Shown piece after piece: positions 13,908-30,445 of a DNA stretch of 64,000 nt (positions are counted from its first letter, which is position 1; every line of letters starts with the position of its first letter). Both the position numbers and the translations under genes were made by a program. Where the stretch lies: the NCBI RefSeq assembly GCF_009914755.1, contig NC_060931.1; one strand, written 5' to 3'. Origin of the DNA: the human T2T-CHM13v2.0 reference genome, Homo sapiens. Under the pieces are notes generated by a model. That model worked only from the letters and a program-made list of their open reading frames with translations. It was not told the origin of the DNA and searched no databases.

Positions 13908-14390
13908 TTTTCTTTAGGATTTAGAACATCTTACTGGATATCAGGTATGGAAGAAAATTCTATGAGGATATGCATGAACTGCAGTTAGGCTTGGAATTCT
14001 CTTGCTAAAGTTATTTGTGAAGACAGTCCATAAATCTTAACTAAGTACCCAGTTAATTAAAATATGTACAGCTTGTCCAGGCACAGTGGCTCACGCCTCT
14101 AATTTCAGTGCTTTAGGAGGCCGTTTGAGACCAGCCTGGGGAATATAATGAGACCTCATCTCTACAGAAAATAAAAGAATTAACCGGGTATGGGTGCAAG
14201 CACCTGTAATCCCAGATACTTGGGAGGCTGACGGGGAGGAGGATAGCTTGGGCCCGGGAGTTCGAAGCTGCAGTGAGCCGTGCTCATGCCACTGCACTCC
14301 AGCCTGGGCAACAGAGCATGACTAAAGAATAAACAAAAAAACAAAATGTACAGCTATCACAAGAATTAATATTAATTTTCAGAATCACCC
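13908..14390 (+). repeat. Copy B of the local direct duplication, split by an Alu
   Basis: Collinear with 12323-12530 on both sides of the Alu. Confidence 0.9.
14075..14345 (+). mobile_element. AluJ-like SINE with internal deletion
   Basis: Alu dimer missing about 30 bp of the left arm; TSD ATGTACAGCT. Confidence 0.9.
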
Positions 14391-14560
14391 TCAGTGTACC
14401 TGACCCCCCAAGCGTCTCTGGTCCTGTGTCAGGAAGGATGAAGTTACAGAATGATACAGCAGTATTACTGGGGCATCGGTTTTACCTACAATTTAAATAC
14501 GCACTTGCTAGTATTCATTCTAAAGTAATAAGCAAAGCATGCTTTAAGAATTCACATACA

Positions 14561-14872
<312 letters not shown>

Positions 14873-15049
14873 TCACATATAACTAAAAGGTTTGGGTAAA
14901 AATCAGCACATTTCTGCCCAACGTTGCTCCTGTTCCACTCCATGGAAGCAACCATTTTCAACGCTTTTAGCTATCTTTTCATTAATTACATTTTTTTCTA
15001 AATAAGATATATGTACCACTGCCTGTTCATTTCTCTCTTGAACCCCTCA

Positions 15050-15935
15050 AATATTTCATCTCCTGAATTAATTCTCTCATTTTCTTATTTTTTTCCTATT
15101 TTCCATCTTTTTATCTTTTTTTTTCTCTTTTCTGGAATTCTCTATATTGCATTGTTCAACTCTTTTTTTTAAATGAATGTTGAAATCTGATTATATTTTT
15201 CATTTCTAAGAGCTTATTCTTCATTCTTTATTTTTTTCTTTTCAGAACATCCTTGTATAGGTTCAAGTATATTGTGTCTTGCCACCTCATTGATGATATA
15301 AGGTATAGTCTTTTTAGACTCTTCTTTGGCTCTGTAATTTTTTTTCTGTTTCTTTTTTTTTTTTTTTCCAGCTTGCTCTTTTGGTTATAGGAAACTTTCC
15401 CTAAAAGCCCGTCAATCCTTGACCATCTGTTCTAATTAAATGATGAGAACCTGAATAGCAGATTCAAGTTCTGAGTGCATGGACAAGGTTTTTCAACTGA
15501 TTGACTTTACTATTGACAGGCAGCTGAACTTTTTGCTAGAAACCTTCACGTCCACCCCCATAATGGAATTTGTATGTCTTTTCTCCGAGGTAATTTAATT
15601 TATCTGGAGAAAGAACTCTAATTCTGCCGTTTGGGGGGTTATATGCCTGACTGCAAGCATCCTCAAGACAGTTGAGAGAAAATGATTGGATTTATTTGGA
15701 GAGGTTTTACTTAATTCTCCAGATGCCCTCCTTTGTAACAGATGCTTCCAATCCTCAAGCATCTCTAGTTTAATTGCTCCAGAGAAGATGGTTCTCCTGT
15801 CTTGCGGTGGCGAGTGGAGGGGAGCGGGGGGAGTTGTGGAGTATGTGTCCCTCCTAGAACACTGGGGAGCTCTAGAGGCCCCTGGTGATTTTAAATTCCA
15901 AGTCTTTATGGGGTTCATCAGAAAGAATACCTGCT
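15050..15935 (-). mobile_element. Old L1M fragment(s)
   Basis: T-rich degraded L1-like text, e.g. TTTTCATTTCTAAGAG. Confidence 0.45.
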
Positions 15936-15939
15936 TTTA

Positions 15940-16245
<306 letters not shown>

Positions 16246-16282
16246 GAATAATTGCTTTTATAGGTATCTCCCTCTTTTTAAC

Positions 16283-16458
16283 CTCCCCCTCCTCCTCCTC
16301 CCCCTCCCCCTCCTTCTCTCCCTCCTTCTCCTTCTCCTCCTTCTCCTTCTCCTTCTTCTTCTTCCTCATAGACAGGGTCTCACTCTGTTGTCCAGGCTGG
16401 TCTCAAACACTACTGAGCTCAAGCCATCCTCCCCACTCGGCCTCCTAAAGTACCAGCT
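16283..16458 (-). mobile_element. FLAM/Alu monomer with CT-rich tail
   Basis: AGACAGGGTCTCACTCTGTTGTCCAGGCTGG; TSD-like GGT(A/G)TCTCCCTCTT. Confidence 0.75.
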
Positions 16459-16974
16459 GGTGTCTCCCTCTTGATTCTCATAAATGTTTCCTTCTGCAGG
16501 AACATACGTTTAACTTCCCTCCACCTGATAATCACCCTTACTCTCTCCACTTTCCCATCTTTATATATGTTGACCATTGAATTTATATGTCTTTTTGCCC
16601 CGTCTAGCATTTATATACACAACAAATTGTGTAGAGACACACTTATTTAGGCATTTGGCCAAGATATTGGTTAAATGGATGAAACAAGACTGTGATATTT
16701 GAGATGAGAAAGGAAATTTAAGTTTGGAGACATTTTGCAAAGATGTGTGTCCATAAATCTGAACAGATTTGGGAGCACTGTGTAATTATTAAATCCTATC
16801 GAAATATTGTGAAAAGAAATATTACTTTGGAATTTCTTCTATTGTATCGCTTTTCTCTGTCAGAGCAAAATTTAAAAGAGAGAGGACTTGCTATTAAATC
16901 TGTAAGCACTGCGATGACATTAGACATTATCTAAATGTATATGAAAGGGATATAGATGATTTATGCTTATTTGA

Positions 16975-17565
16975 ATCTTCTCTCCTTTTTTCTTGATTTT
17001 TTTTTCTTTCTTGGTCTAGTTAGTGATCTATCAATTTTGTTTATCTTTTCAAAGATCCAACTTTTCATTTCATTAATCCTTTATATTGTTTTTGGGGGGG
17101 TTCTCAATCACATTTAGTTCTGTTCTGATCTTTTGTGTGTGTATATGTTTCTTTTTTTTTTCTACTACCTTTGGGTTTGGTTCTTGTTTTTATAATTCCT
17201 TGAGGTGCTATGTTAGGTTGTTGATTTAAGATCTTTCTTTCTTTCTTTTTTTTTTTTTTTTTGAGATGGAATTTCACTCTTGTTGCCCAGGCTGGAGTGC
17301 AACAGTGCAATCTCAGCTTACTGAAATCTCCACTGCCTGGGTTCAAGTGATTCTCTTGCCTCAGCCTCCCAGGTAGCTGGGATTACAGGCATGCACTACT
17401 GCGCCCAGCTAATTTTGTATTTTTAGCAGAGATGGGATTTCACCATGCTGATCAGGCTGGTCTCGAACTCCTGACCTCAAGTGATCCACCCGCCTCAGCC
17501 TCCCAAAGCGCTGGGATTACAGGCGTGAGCCACCACACCCAGCCCTTTCTATCTTTTTGATGTAG
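16975..17565 (-). mobile_element. L1 ORF2 fragment interrupted by an Alu
   Basis: TATCAATTTTGTTTATCTTTTCAAA..CCAACTTTT is typical antisense L1 ORF2. Confidence 0.75.
17240..17544 (-). mobile_element. AluSq/Sx-like SINE
   Basis: Reverse-complement dimer with T-tract. Confidence 0.95.
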
Positions 17566-19083
17566 GATTTTATGCAGTTCACTGGGTCTGTTTTCTTTGT
17601 CTTTAAAACAATGCTTGGACCATCATTAAGGATGCCTTCATCCGTAGACTAGGCTTATAGAAACAAGACAGAAAAGAGCTACCATCGGTTGGTGGATCCA
17701 CAGAATAGAAACAAGCGCAATCAACAACCAGGTGCTAATAATCAATTTGATTTGTTTGAATTCAATCAGTGGTTTTGCAGATAGCAGGCAGATTGACAGA
17801 GCTAAATTATTCCACCCCGGCTCTCTCTCCAAAGCCTTTTCGTGTGTTGACTCAGGCAGGAAATAGCATGTCTCTGTTTCATAGGGCAAAAATTTAAGAA
17901 GAAAGAGTTAAAGGAAGCCTCAATGTTTAAACACTCATTTTAGCTTAAATGTCTAATTAAGATTGTGGTGTCTTGATGACTTAACAGATCCAAAAGCGGC
18001 ATTTTCTTGCCGCAACTGATCACAGTTCAAGGCCTGCGAGCCAAGCATGAAGTTTTGTTAATGAGAAATATAAGCTTATAGTCAGGCCTCTGGATAGTGC
18101 CATTAAGATGTACCTAATCATGTTCTTTAAGCAGAATTGGATAATCACAATGAACTGACTTTTTACCCAGGCTATGAGCTTTTCCATTTGATAGATTTGT
18201 TCATAAGCGATTTAACTCCAAGTTAATTGATACAAACCATCACTGTCAACAAACTTTACAATAAAACATAAACTCTAAGCATTAAATATTTTTCCTTTGC
18301 AACTGACTCTTTACGAATTTTAGAGTTTTTTTGTTTGTTTGTTTTTCCCCATTCTGTCGCAGATGTTTATTGCCTCTGGAGCGCTAAATGTATAATCGTC
18401 CTGTGAAAGGTGGCTCTGGCCGTTCTAGGTAGAGTGACTTTGCTTCTCACTCTTCCTTCCAGCCTATTCTGACTTCGATGGGAGACTTCACCCAGCCCCG
18501 CCTTCCCTAGATAAACAATGTGCTCGTGTTATAAGTAAGACATACACAATTGCGAAATTAGAGAGGGCATCGCCAGCCACAGATGACAGTGACATATGAG
18601 AGAAACCAGACCAGTTAATCAGGAAGAAAGAAGATATAGATTACCAGGTCTATAGTCTATGGACTCTCAATCCCTCACCAGGACACATGCCTTCAGGAGT
18701 CTGACGTACTTAACCCAGGTACAATATGAGAGTTCAGATATGGGAATGTAGCAGGATAGGAAGGGCAATAATTTGGGTTTTCCCTTCAAGAATCACTGGC
18801 TTGGATTGCATTAAAAATGTTCTGTAATTTAGAAGGTATTTTTTGACACCTAATAAGCAAACTAGGATAGTATGATCTATAATGAGATAGGTATTAGAAA
18901 TATAAGTATCTGCAATATTGATTATCAATCAAAATTGTGTAATTATTTGTGGATGGCATGTATTACATTTACCTATAGAGCATATTTTACTCCATAAAAA
19001 AGGGTAAAGTTTTGTGTAAGGCCTCTTTCCTAACCAAACTGTGGTTTTATTGATCAGTTCTGCAAGCGTTTATCAAAAATTTA

Positions 19084-19422
<339 letters not shown>

Positions 19423-19505
19423 CTATTTATGTCCTCTGTATTGATTTCTTCTGATTCCCATTCATTAGAGCATCATTTAAATGAGTTCTACTCCTTGGTA
19501 AATGT

Positions 19506-19907
<402 letters not shown>

Positions 19908-20219
19908 GTAAAGTTGCTTATCGTTCTAGCCCAGGCATCTCTGAGGTGGGGTGGGTGCTTTCCACCCTAGGGCATACAAGACAGTCCACTGGGATGTGCT
20001 AATAAAATATTAAACCTTTTACTTATCCTTATGTTTATTTTTAGCTCATCCTTTCTTAATCTATTTTGTGTGTGTATGGAAACGTACATGGATATTAATA
20101 CAATAAGATATGTGTATGTATGATACATACCCAATATTTTGGAAGGGGATTACAATCTGAGGGATTTGTAAATGACTGTGATAGCTTAAAAATATGTAGC
20201 TTCACAGCTTTTGCATATT

Positions 20220-20700
20220 CATTCATTCATATATGCAATCCAATCTTTCATTGATTCATTCACTCTAGACATGCATCTCTGGTGTCTTGTATGTAGTCTT
20301 CATTTGCTGGGTGCTAAGGTTACATAGATAAACTGAGCACTCTATTAGCCCTTGAATCATCATCTGGTGGAAGAGGCAGAAAATCAAACAAATAAATACA
20401 GTGAAAAATGATAAGTGCTAACACCAGTGCTAGTACCAAGAGTTGATACCTGGTGCTCTACGACCAAAGAGGAAGGAACAATTAATGCAGAATTAATGCA
20501 ACCTCAGGAAAGCATCAATTGCAGTGACATCTTGGGGATGAGGTCCTTTCAAGCAGAAGGAGTGGTATAAAGGCATACATGCATGACAGCACATGACATG
20601 GTGGGGTAACAACACAACAGCACAAATGGTTTAAAGTGTGTAAATTACAAAGCACCTGAATGGAATAAGATAAGGTAGAAATGGCAGGTGATACATGGTA
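20220..20700. mobile_element. L2 fragment
   Basis: CATTCATTCA repeat end and degraded L2-like text. Confidence 0.5.
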
Positions 20701-20774
20701 GAAGCTGGAAGCTGGCCTGCATCACCTGAATCCAAGTATACAAATTTGAGTTTGCATCTCACCTCCTAGGACCC

Positions 20775-20975
20775 TGCTCCTTATAATGTGACCTACGGGT
20801 CAGCACCATCATCATCATCCAGAGATTGTCAGAAACACAGAATCTCAGTGCACACACACACACAGGTACAGGCACGCACATGTGGATCTACATTGTAACA
20901 AGCACCAAAATCAAAATCAGCACTTTCATGAGCTCTCCAGGTAATTGATGTTCACATTAAGTTTGAGAAGTGAAC
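20775..20975. mobile_element. MER5A-like hAT DNA transposon remnant
   Basis: GTCAGAAACACAGAATCTCAG ... CACATTAAGTTTGAGAAG. Confidence 0.55.
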
Positions 20976-21130
20976 TGCATGTATCGTAAATAAAAATCAC
21001 GAGCTTAAGAATGAACGTATTTGGGCTTAAATCTGGCAGCATCAGCTGTGTGATCTTTGGCAAGTTTCTTAACCTCTTTGTACCATAGTTTCCTCATTTA
21101 TAAAATCATTCTAATAGAATATTCACCGTG

Positions 21131-21448
<318 letters not shown>

Positions 21449-21493
21449 AATATTCACTGTAGTAAAGATTAAATGAAAAATTATATAAAACAA

Positions 21494-21866
<373 letters not shown>

Positions 21867-22059
21867 TTATTGCTCAACTATAAAGAGACCTCTAGTTTTT
21901 GTGCTTGATAGATATCTACCATTTTCTGCCTATTCAAAGAGCAAAGAAGTAAATCTCCTGAACGTAATAAATAATTAAGCTAATGCTGACTACCATCCAG
22001 TCCACTTTCAGAGAATGTATTATTAATGACTAAAAGCCTTTTGCAATTTTTGAGCACCT

Positions 22060-22250
22060 GCGGTGAGATGTTTGGTTGGGCATTTTACAAACATCTTGAT
22101 CTTTACAAAGGAAATATTATTATCCCCATTTTCCTGGTGAGGAAATTGAGTTTCTAGAGAGAAAATAAACTGTCCACAGTCATGCAGACATAAACAGGAG
22201 ACCTGGGATTCTACCAGATGTGTCTCACTCCGAAGCCCATAATCTTTCAC
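22060..22250. mobile_element. MIR
   Basis: ATTATCCCCATTTTCCTGGTGAGGAAATTGAG core. Confidence 0.7.
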
Positions 22251-22313
22251 AGCTGATCAGCTTTAGAAAAGAAAAGTACTCCCACCCACCCCCCCCCAAA
22301 AAAATCTAGTAGC

Positions 22314-22632
22314 GGCTGGGTGCGGTGGCTTATGCCTGTAATCCCAGCACTTTGGGAGGCCGAGGTGGGTGGATCATGAGGTCAGGAGATCGAGACCATC
22401 CTGGCTAACATGATGAAACCCTGTCTCTAGTAAAAATGCAATAAATTAGCCGGGCATGGTGGCACGCGCCTGTAGTCTCAGCTACTCAGGAGGCTGAGGC
22501 AGGAGAATTGCTTGAACCTGGAAGGCGGAGGTTGCAGTGAGCCAAGATCCACTGCACTCCAGCCTGGGTGACAGAGCGAGACTCCGTCTCAAAAAAAAAA
22601 AAAAAAAAAAGAATAAATAAAGAAAAAGAAAG
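22314..22632 (+). mobile_element. AluSc/Y-like SINE
   Basis: Full dimer with A-tail. Confidence 0.95.
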
Positions 22633-22779
22633 CAAGTCTAGTGGCTAATGACTTGTGCTGTCATCAGAGAACATATTTTTAAATATTTGACCTTAAAAAA
22701 TAATTTGAAACTTACAGACGTTAAAAACTGTAGAGTGAATGCCTGAATCCTGAATACCCTTCACTGAGATTCACCAATT

Positions 22780-23096
22780 CTTTTTTTCTTTTCTTTTCTT
22801 TCTTTTTTTTTTTGAGATGGAGTCTCACTCTGTTGCCCCAGCTGGAGTGCAGTGGCACGATCTCGGTTCACTGCAGCCTCCAGCTCCTGGGTTCATGTGA
22901 TTCTCCTGCCTCAGCCTCCTAAGTAGCTGGCATTACAGGCGTGCACCACCATGCCCAGCTAATTTTTGTATTTTTAGTAGAGACGGGGTTTCACCATGTT
23001 GGCCAACCTGGTCTCAAACTCCTGACTTCAAGTGATCCTCGCCTTGTCCTCCCAAAGTGCTGGGATTACAGACAGGCCTGAGCAACCATGCTTGAC
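22780..23096 (-). mobile_element. AluSx-like SINE
   Basis: TSD CTGAGATTCACCA(A/G)TTCT. Confidence 0.95.
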
Positions 23097-23336
23097 CTGA
23101 GATTCACCAGTTCTTAACTCTTTGCCACATTTGTTTTACCTCTCTCTCTCTCAAAAATTGTTTGTAGACGTCATGTTCTTTTACTCCTATATATAATAGT
23201 CAGAATTTCTTAAGAACAAGAACATTACTTACATAACCACAGTACAGTAATCGAAATCAGGAAATTTAACATTGATGCAATACTATTATCTGACTGATAG
23301 ATATTATTCAAATGCTGCCTATTGTCCCATTGGTAA

Positions 23337-23540
<204 letters not shown>

Positions 23541-23579
23541 TAAATTTCATATATTACATTTTTCTCCCTGTAGAAATTA

Positions 23580-23900
<321 letters not shown>

Positions 23901-24108
23901 TTATGGAATTCTTAGAAACACAAAATTATTTTAAAAAACAGTAATTGCAATCATCTATTTCCTTCTAGAATTTTATGTGCATTTACATGTGTGCATTTCC
24001 ACAGTTAAAAATCACTCTATACAACTTTATCTATGTTTCTTCATTTAAGATTATAACCCAAGTATTTTCCTGAAGCATTAAAAGGTCTTTGTAAAAATAG
24101 GATATTTA

Positions 24109-24430
<322 letters not shown>

Positions 24431-24835
24431 CTATCATATTTATCTCATCTTTTCTCTGTGGCTTGACATCAAGTTTCTATCCAATTTTTTTCTTACATGT
24501 AGCACTGCAATGAACATCTTTTTACCACATTATATATTAAATAATAACATAAGTTATGTAACTCTCAGCAATTGTAAGACAGACACTTCTCCATTTTAGA
24601 TGCTTTAAGTCCAACCAAATCTTTATGTATTAAAACTCAGGCTTTATACAAAACCTACTGAAATAAACTTGATACAAAAACAACCCCAGTCATTTAAATA
24701 AAATCATGTATGAAAGCTACATAACTATTCTGACATTTTTTTCCCTTCTTCCATTTGTTTTAGGAGCTCAGGAATGAAATCACGACTCTAGAGAATCTGG
24801 TAACACAAACTCAACCTCATTTATAATCTGTTCAT

Positions 24836-24887
24836 CTAACTCACCTGTCACAATCTCTTAGCTAACTCACCTGTCACAATCTCTTAG
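24836..24887. repeat. Perfect 26-bp tandem duplication
   Basis: CTAACTCACCTGTCACAATCTCTTAG x2. Confidence 0.95.
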
Positions 24888-24963
24888 CTGCCTCCTGATT
24901 GACACCAACAGGACTAGTTCTGTGTTTTCCTTTGACTTTATACCTGATGTAAAAATAATCACA

Positions 24964-25296
<333 letters not shown>

Positions 25297-25826
25297 TCAC
25301 ATGGACTTGCAATGACCTAACTCTTTGTCTGTTTTTGGTTTCTTGGCTGCAAATAATGGAAACAATGCTGGATCACTTACATAGGACATGAATTTATTGG
25401 GGCACCAAGCTCGGGAGATAGGAACACACAGGCAGGCCACAGCATAGCCTGGCAGTTTGATTAGGGTGATACTGGTGTCTCCACTACTAAATTTGCCATG
25501 ACAGTACAACTTTACTCTGGCCTGTCACTGCTCCCAGGAAATTCTTTTTCCTATGTATTTATTTGTATCATTCCTTCAAGAGTCAAAGTGTTGGGCCCTG
25601 TTATCTAATCATGCTAGCATGGGGCATATTCCATGCCCTAGTTTCTGGAATGTGGGGAGAGAAAATAGCTGTATCCTTTGATTTTCAAAATGAGGAAAAT
25701 CCTAAAAGAAGGAAATTTGGAACTGAATGGCCAGAAATCTCATCAGAGACCACCATCTGATTGATATAATGCCTATTAATATATAGCCATCCTTTCTATT
25801 ATTATATATCCATTATAAATTGTTCT

Positions 25827-26120
25827 GGGCTGGGCTCAGTAGCTCATGCCTATAATCCTAGCACTTTGGGAGGTCAAGCTGGGAAGACTGCTTGAGCCCA
25901 GGAGTTTATGAGACCAGCCTGGGCAACATAGTGAGACCCTGACTTTACAAAAAGCAAGCAAAATTAGCTGGGCGTGGTGGTGTGTGCCTGTGGTCCCTGC
26001 TACTAGGGAGCCTGAGGCTGGAGGATCACTTGAGTACAGGAAGTCCAGGCTGCAGTGAGCCAAGATTGCACCACTGCAGTCCAGCCTGGGCCACAGAGCA
26101 AGACCCTGTCTAAAAAAAAA
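25827..26120 (+). mobile_element. AluJ-like SINE
   Basis: GCTTGAGCCCAGGAGTT diagnostics. Confidence 0.92.
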
Positions 26121-26173
26121 CTGTTTTGTGTAACAACTGTAATTCTTTCCTTCGTGTATTAAAAATACATTCA

Positions 26174-26450
<277 letters not shown>

Positions 26451-26640
26451 CTAAACCCATGAAGGGAGAGAAATCAGTTTCATCAGTTATATTATTCAGC
26501 TTTGTTATGGAAGTCCTGAGGTCAAATCCCCCTTGACAGGCAAAACAATCACTTAGTCCTTATAACACTCAGACTTTCATCACATTTGAAAATAGATGAA
26601 ATTGGACAGTTGTAAGTTTCTTTACTTGAAGAAGATCTAA

Positions 26641-27022
<382 letters not shown>

Positions 27023-28676
27023 GCATGCAAGGTTTTAACCACATCCCTCACTCTCCCCAGCAGCAGCAATCTTATTTCTCCTGGGTAAACAGATTCAATC
27101 ACCTTGTTGTTGTTCAGGATTGTCTCTCCCTTAGTGTCATAGCTAAATCTTTGACGGGCCATTCTACTGTTCCATAGAGCTTGTTACTTGAGAGTACCTG
27201 ATAAGACCAATGACTACCATGGCTCTCAGCCCATTATCTTGTTTCTTTCACTATAGAGTTACCTGTGCAGGAGCAAATGTTTATTGTGCAATCATGTCAG
27301 TGTATAAGACATTTAGGAAGCCTACAGATGCTGTTACTGACAAAAGAATAATGGACAAGAAAAAAGTCTAGATCCAACGTAAGTGTCTATTCAGTGAAGA
27401 AAGATTGCATCCCACTTTAGGAAAAAAATAAGTCTAATAAAAATCAACAAATCACCATGTTATTGGCCGCTACCCACCACTGGGTCTGTTGCCATCCTGA
27501 GACTCACTGTTGATTACTGGTTGCACACACACTGGCCACACAGCAGTGGCAGAAGCCAAGTCAAACTTGAATAGGTTAAGTCCAAGTTCTTCAGCAATGC
27601 ACAGCCTATACTATTGCCCCTGTAGACATTCCACTCCTGAGCTCATTAAGCAAGCACTAAGGCAAGAGATGACTGACATCTTCCTAATTATTGAAAACTT
27701 TGCAGTAAAGGTCTTTTGTGGGCCTTCATGTAAGACACAAATATTCTTTGCATTCTGAGTCCATTCAGGGAAATTCATTCATGTAACTTCCTCCAAATGC
27801 CTTGACATCGATATTCCACTCTTGTTCTCATCAACTGCTAAATCACCTTGACTTTTCAAAGTGGATAAGAAATATTGCTTGATGTTTTCCTCTTTAGGGA
27901 GATTTCCCTTCTCTACAGGAAGGGGTGGGAACAGCCATAGACTCAGACACAGATCCAGGTCACGGGATCGCGTGAGCCCTGCTGAAATTGGTCATTGTCG
28001 TGCCAGCTGCAGCAAAGCAAAGAGCTGAAACCATGTGATCTCAAGAGAACCTGAAGAAGTGCTTCACAGGACAGTGGTCCTCTGCTCTGAAAGTCATGGT
28101 TTTCCCCCAGAAGTCTAAGGGTCTGTGCTGATGCCTCCCTTTGAGGGCTTGCAGGGGCTCCTTCCAGGATCCTTACCTAATGCAGGTATCTTCAACATTA
28201 TTGCATCAATTGGGTTGCATGGCCATATGGCATGTCAGCCTGGACTGCAATCCTAAACTTAGTGCAGCATCTTTTGTTACTCTGTGTCCCACTCAAAACT
28301 GGCAGTATGTTAGGTGACATGGTGAGTAGGTTAGAACAGTATTCACAAGGGTAATATATGCTGCCTCCAAAATCCAGCAGCCTGCCAAGAGCTGTGCCTC
28401 TTCCTTTACAAGGAAGGGACAAGGTACCGTAGCTTATCTTTTAATCTTAGAAAGAATGATCTTTATGCCCCGAGGAGCTAAACCTATGGAGATGTTACAG
28501 GTACCTTGCTGGAGATTAATTCCTCATTCTAGGATGCATATGCCTTGTCTAAATATATGGAGTACTTTCTACTAACCACTTAATTGGGTTAACATGGTGC
28601 AATGTCCAAAATATATGGGGCCAGTGCCTATGGAATGTTAAGATGATCAAAATCTCTACAGATTGCATTGTAACGG

Positions 28677-29033
28677 TGTATTAGTTTATTCTCATGCTGC
28701 TAATAAAGACATATCTGAGACTGAGTAATTTATAAAGGAAAGAGCTTTAATAGACTCACAGATCCATGTGGATGGGGGGGCCTCACAATCATGGCAGAAG
28801 GCAAAGGAGGAGCAAAGACACGTCTTACATGGCAGAAGGCAAGAGAACTTGTGCAGGGAAACTCCCATTTATAAAATGATCATATCTCATGAGACTTATT
28901 CACTACCATGAGAACAGTATGGGGGGAAACCACCTCTATGATTCAATTATCTCCACCTGGCCCCACCTGTGACATGTGGGGATTATTACAATTCAAGGTG
29001 AGATTTGGGTAGGGACACAGTCAAATCATATCA
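28677..29033 (-). mobile_element. THE1 solo LTR
   Basis: TGTATTAGT..TGCTGCTAATAAAGACATA...CATATCA. Confidence 0.93.
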
Positions 29034-29743
29034 GACAGCAAACAGGAAGGTTATATAGCCTTGATATACAAAGGAGAAGGTATACTGCTGTCCTTGCCAT
29101 CTATGTGTAAACTGACTTTGGTCCTCTTACTAATGGGCATCAAGAAGAAAGCATTCACTAAATTGACAACTACCTGCCAAAATGCAGAGGCTGTATTGAT
29201 CTGTTCAGTAAACATACCCCATATGGCACAGCAGCTGTATTTGGGGTTATCATCTTATTAAGTTTATAGTCTATCATCATCTGTCAAGATTTATCTGGTT
29301 TTTCAGAGGCCAGAATAGCTCACAGAAAGGAGGTATGATAAGAACTACTATCACCGCTGCATCATTTAAATGCTGTTGTTGGCACTAATTGCTGCAATTC
29401 CTCTAGGAATTAAGTGTTACTTTAGAATATGTCACAGAGGCTCCCATTTGGCCCTTTCCAATATATTGACCCTAATGCACACATAAGACAATAAAATGGA
29501 GAATTTTATCATTTCCTAAATATATCAATCCCAATTATACATTGGGGAACTGATGAGATAATCACAGGTAGATCTGAGGGCCTAATAAACTCAAATTGTT
29601 AGGGGCAAAAATTCTAACTATGAGATCAGGAGGGCATGTTAGGTCCCCTGGTATCAATTTCACATTGTGTCTAACAGAACTTAAAAAGTGTAGGCATTCT
29701 CCTTTTCCCAGTGTATAGTTACCTTGACAAAGAAATAAAGATC

Positions 29744-30048
29744 AGCTGGGTGTAGTGTCTCATTTCCTATAACCCCAGGATTTTAGGAGGCCAAGGTGGG
29801 TGGATCACTTGAGGCCAGGAGCTTGAGACCAGCCTGGCCAACATGGCAAAACCCTGTCTCTACTAAAAATAGAAAAAATGACCAGGCATGGCATCTGCTG
29901 CCTGTAATTCCCACTACTCGGGAGGCTGAGGCAGGAGAATCACCTGAACCTGGGAGGCAGAGGCAGAGGTGGCAGTGTGAGCCAAGATTGTGTCTCTGTA
30001 CTTCAGCCTGGGCAACAGAGCGAGAATTTGTCAAAAAAAAAAAAAAAA
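29744..30048 (+). mobile_element. Alu SINE (S/J)
   Basis: Dimer; TSD AAAGATCA. Confidence 0.92.
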
Positions 30049-30094
30049 TCAAAGATCAATTTGTCAGTTTCAAGACAGATTTAAAGATGGAGCT

Positions 30095-30273
30095 AGACAT
30101 AGATATTGATAGATTAGATAGTCATAGATAAATGGATAGGTAGAGGAGATAGATATATAGAGGGAGATCAGATAGATAGATAAATAGATAGATGATAGAT
30201 TAGATAGATAGGAGAGATGGAGAGCTAGAGAGATAGGGAGATAGATATAGAGATGTAGAGGAAGATGATAGAT

Positions 30274-30314
<41 letters not shown>

Positions 30315-30445
30315 GAGAGATAGAGAGATAGGGAGATAGTTATAGAGACGTAGAGGGAGATGATAGATGATAGATGGATAGATAGATAGATATATAGATA
30401 TAGATTGACAGCAGATAGATAGATAAACAGATAGATTGATAGATT
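30095..30445. repeat. Complex (GATA)n microsatellite, pure (GATA)10 at 30274-30313
   Basis: Direct observation. Confidence 0.95.
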
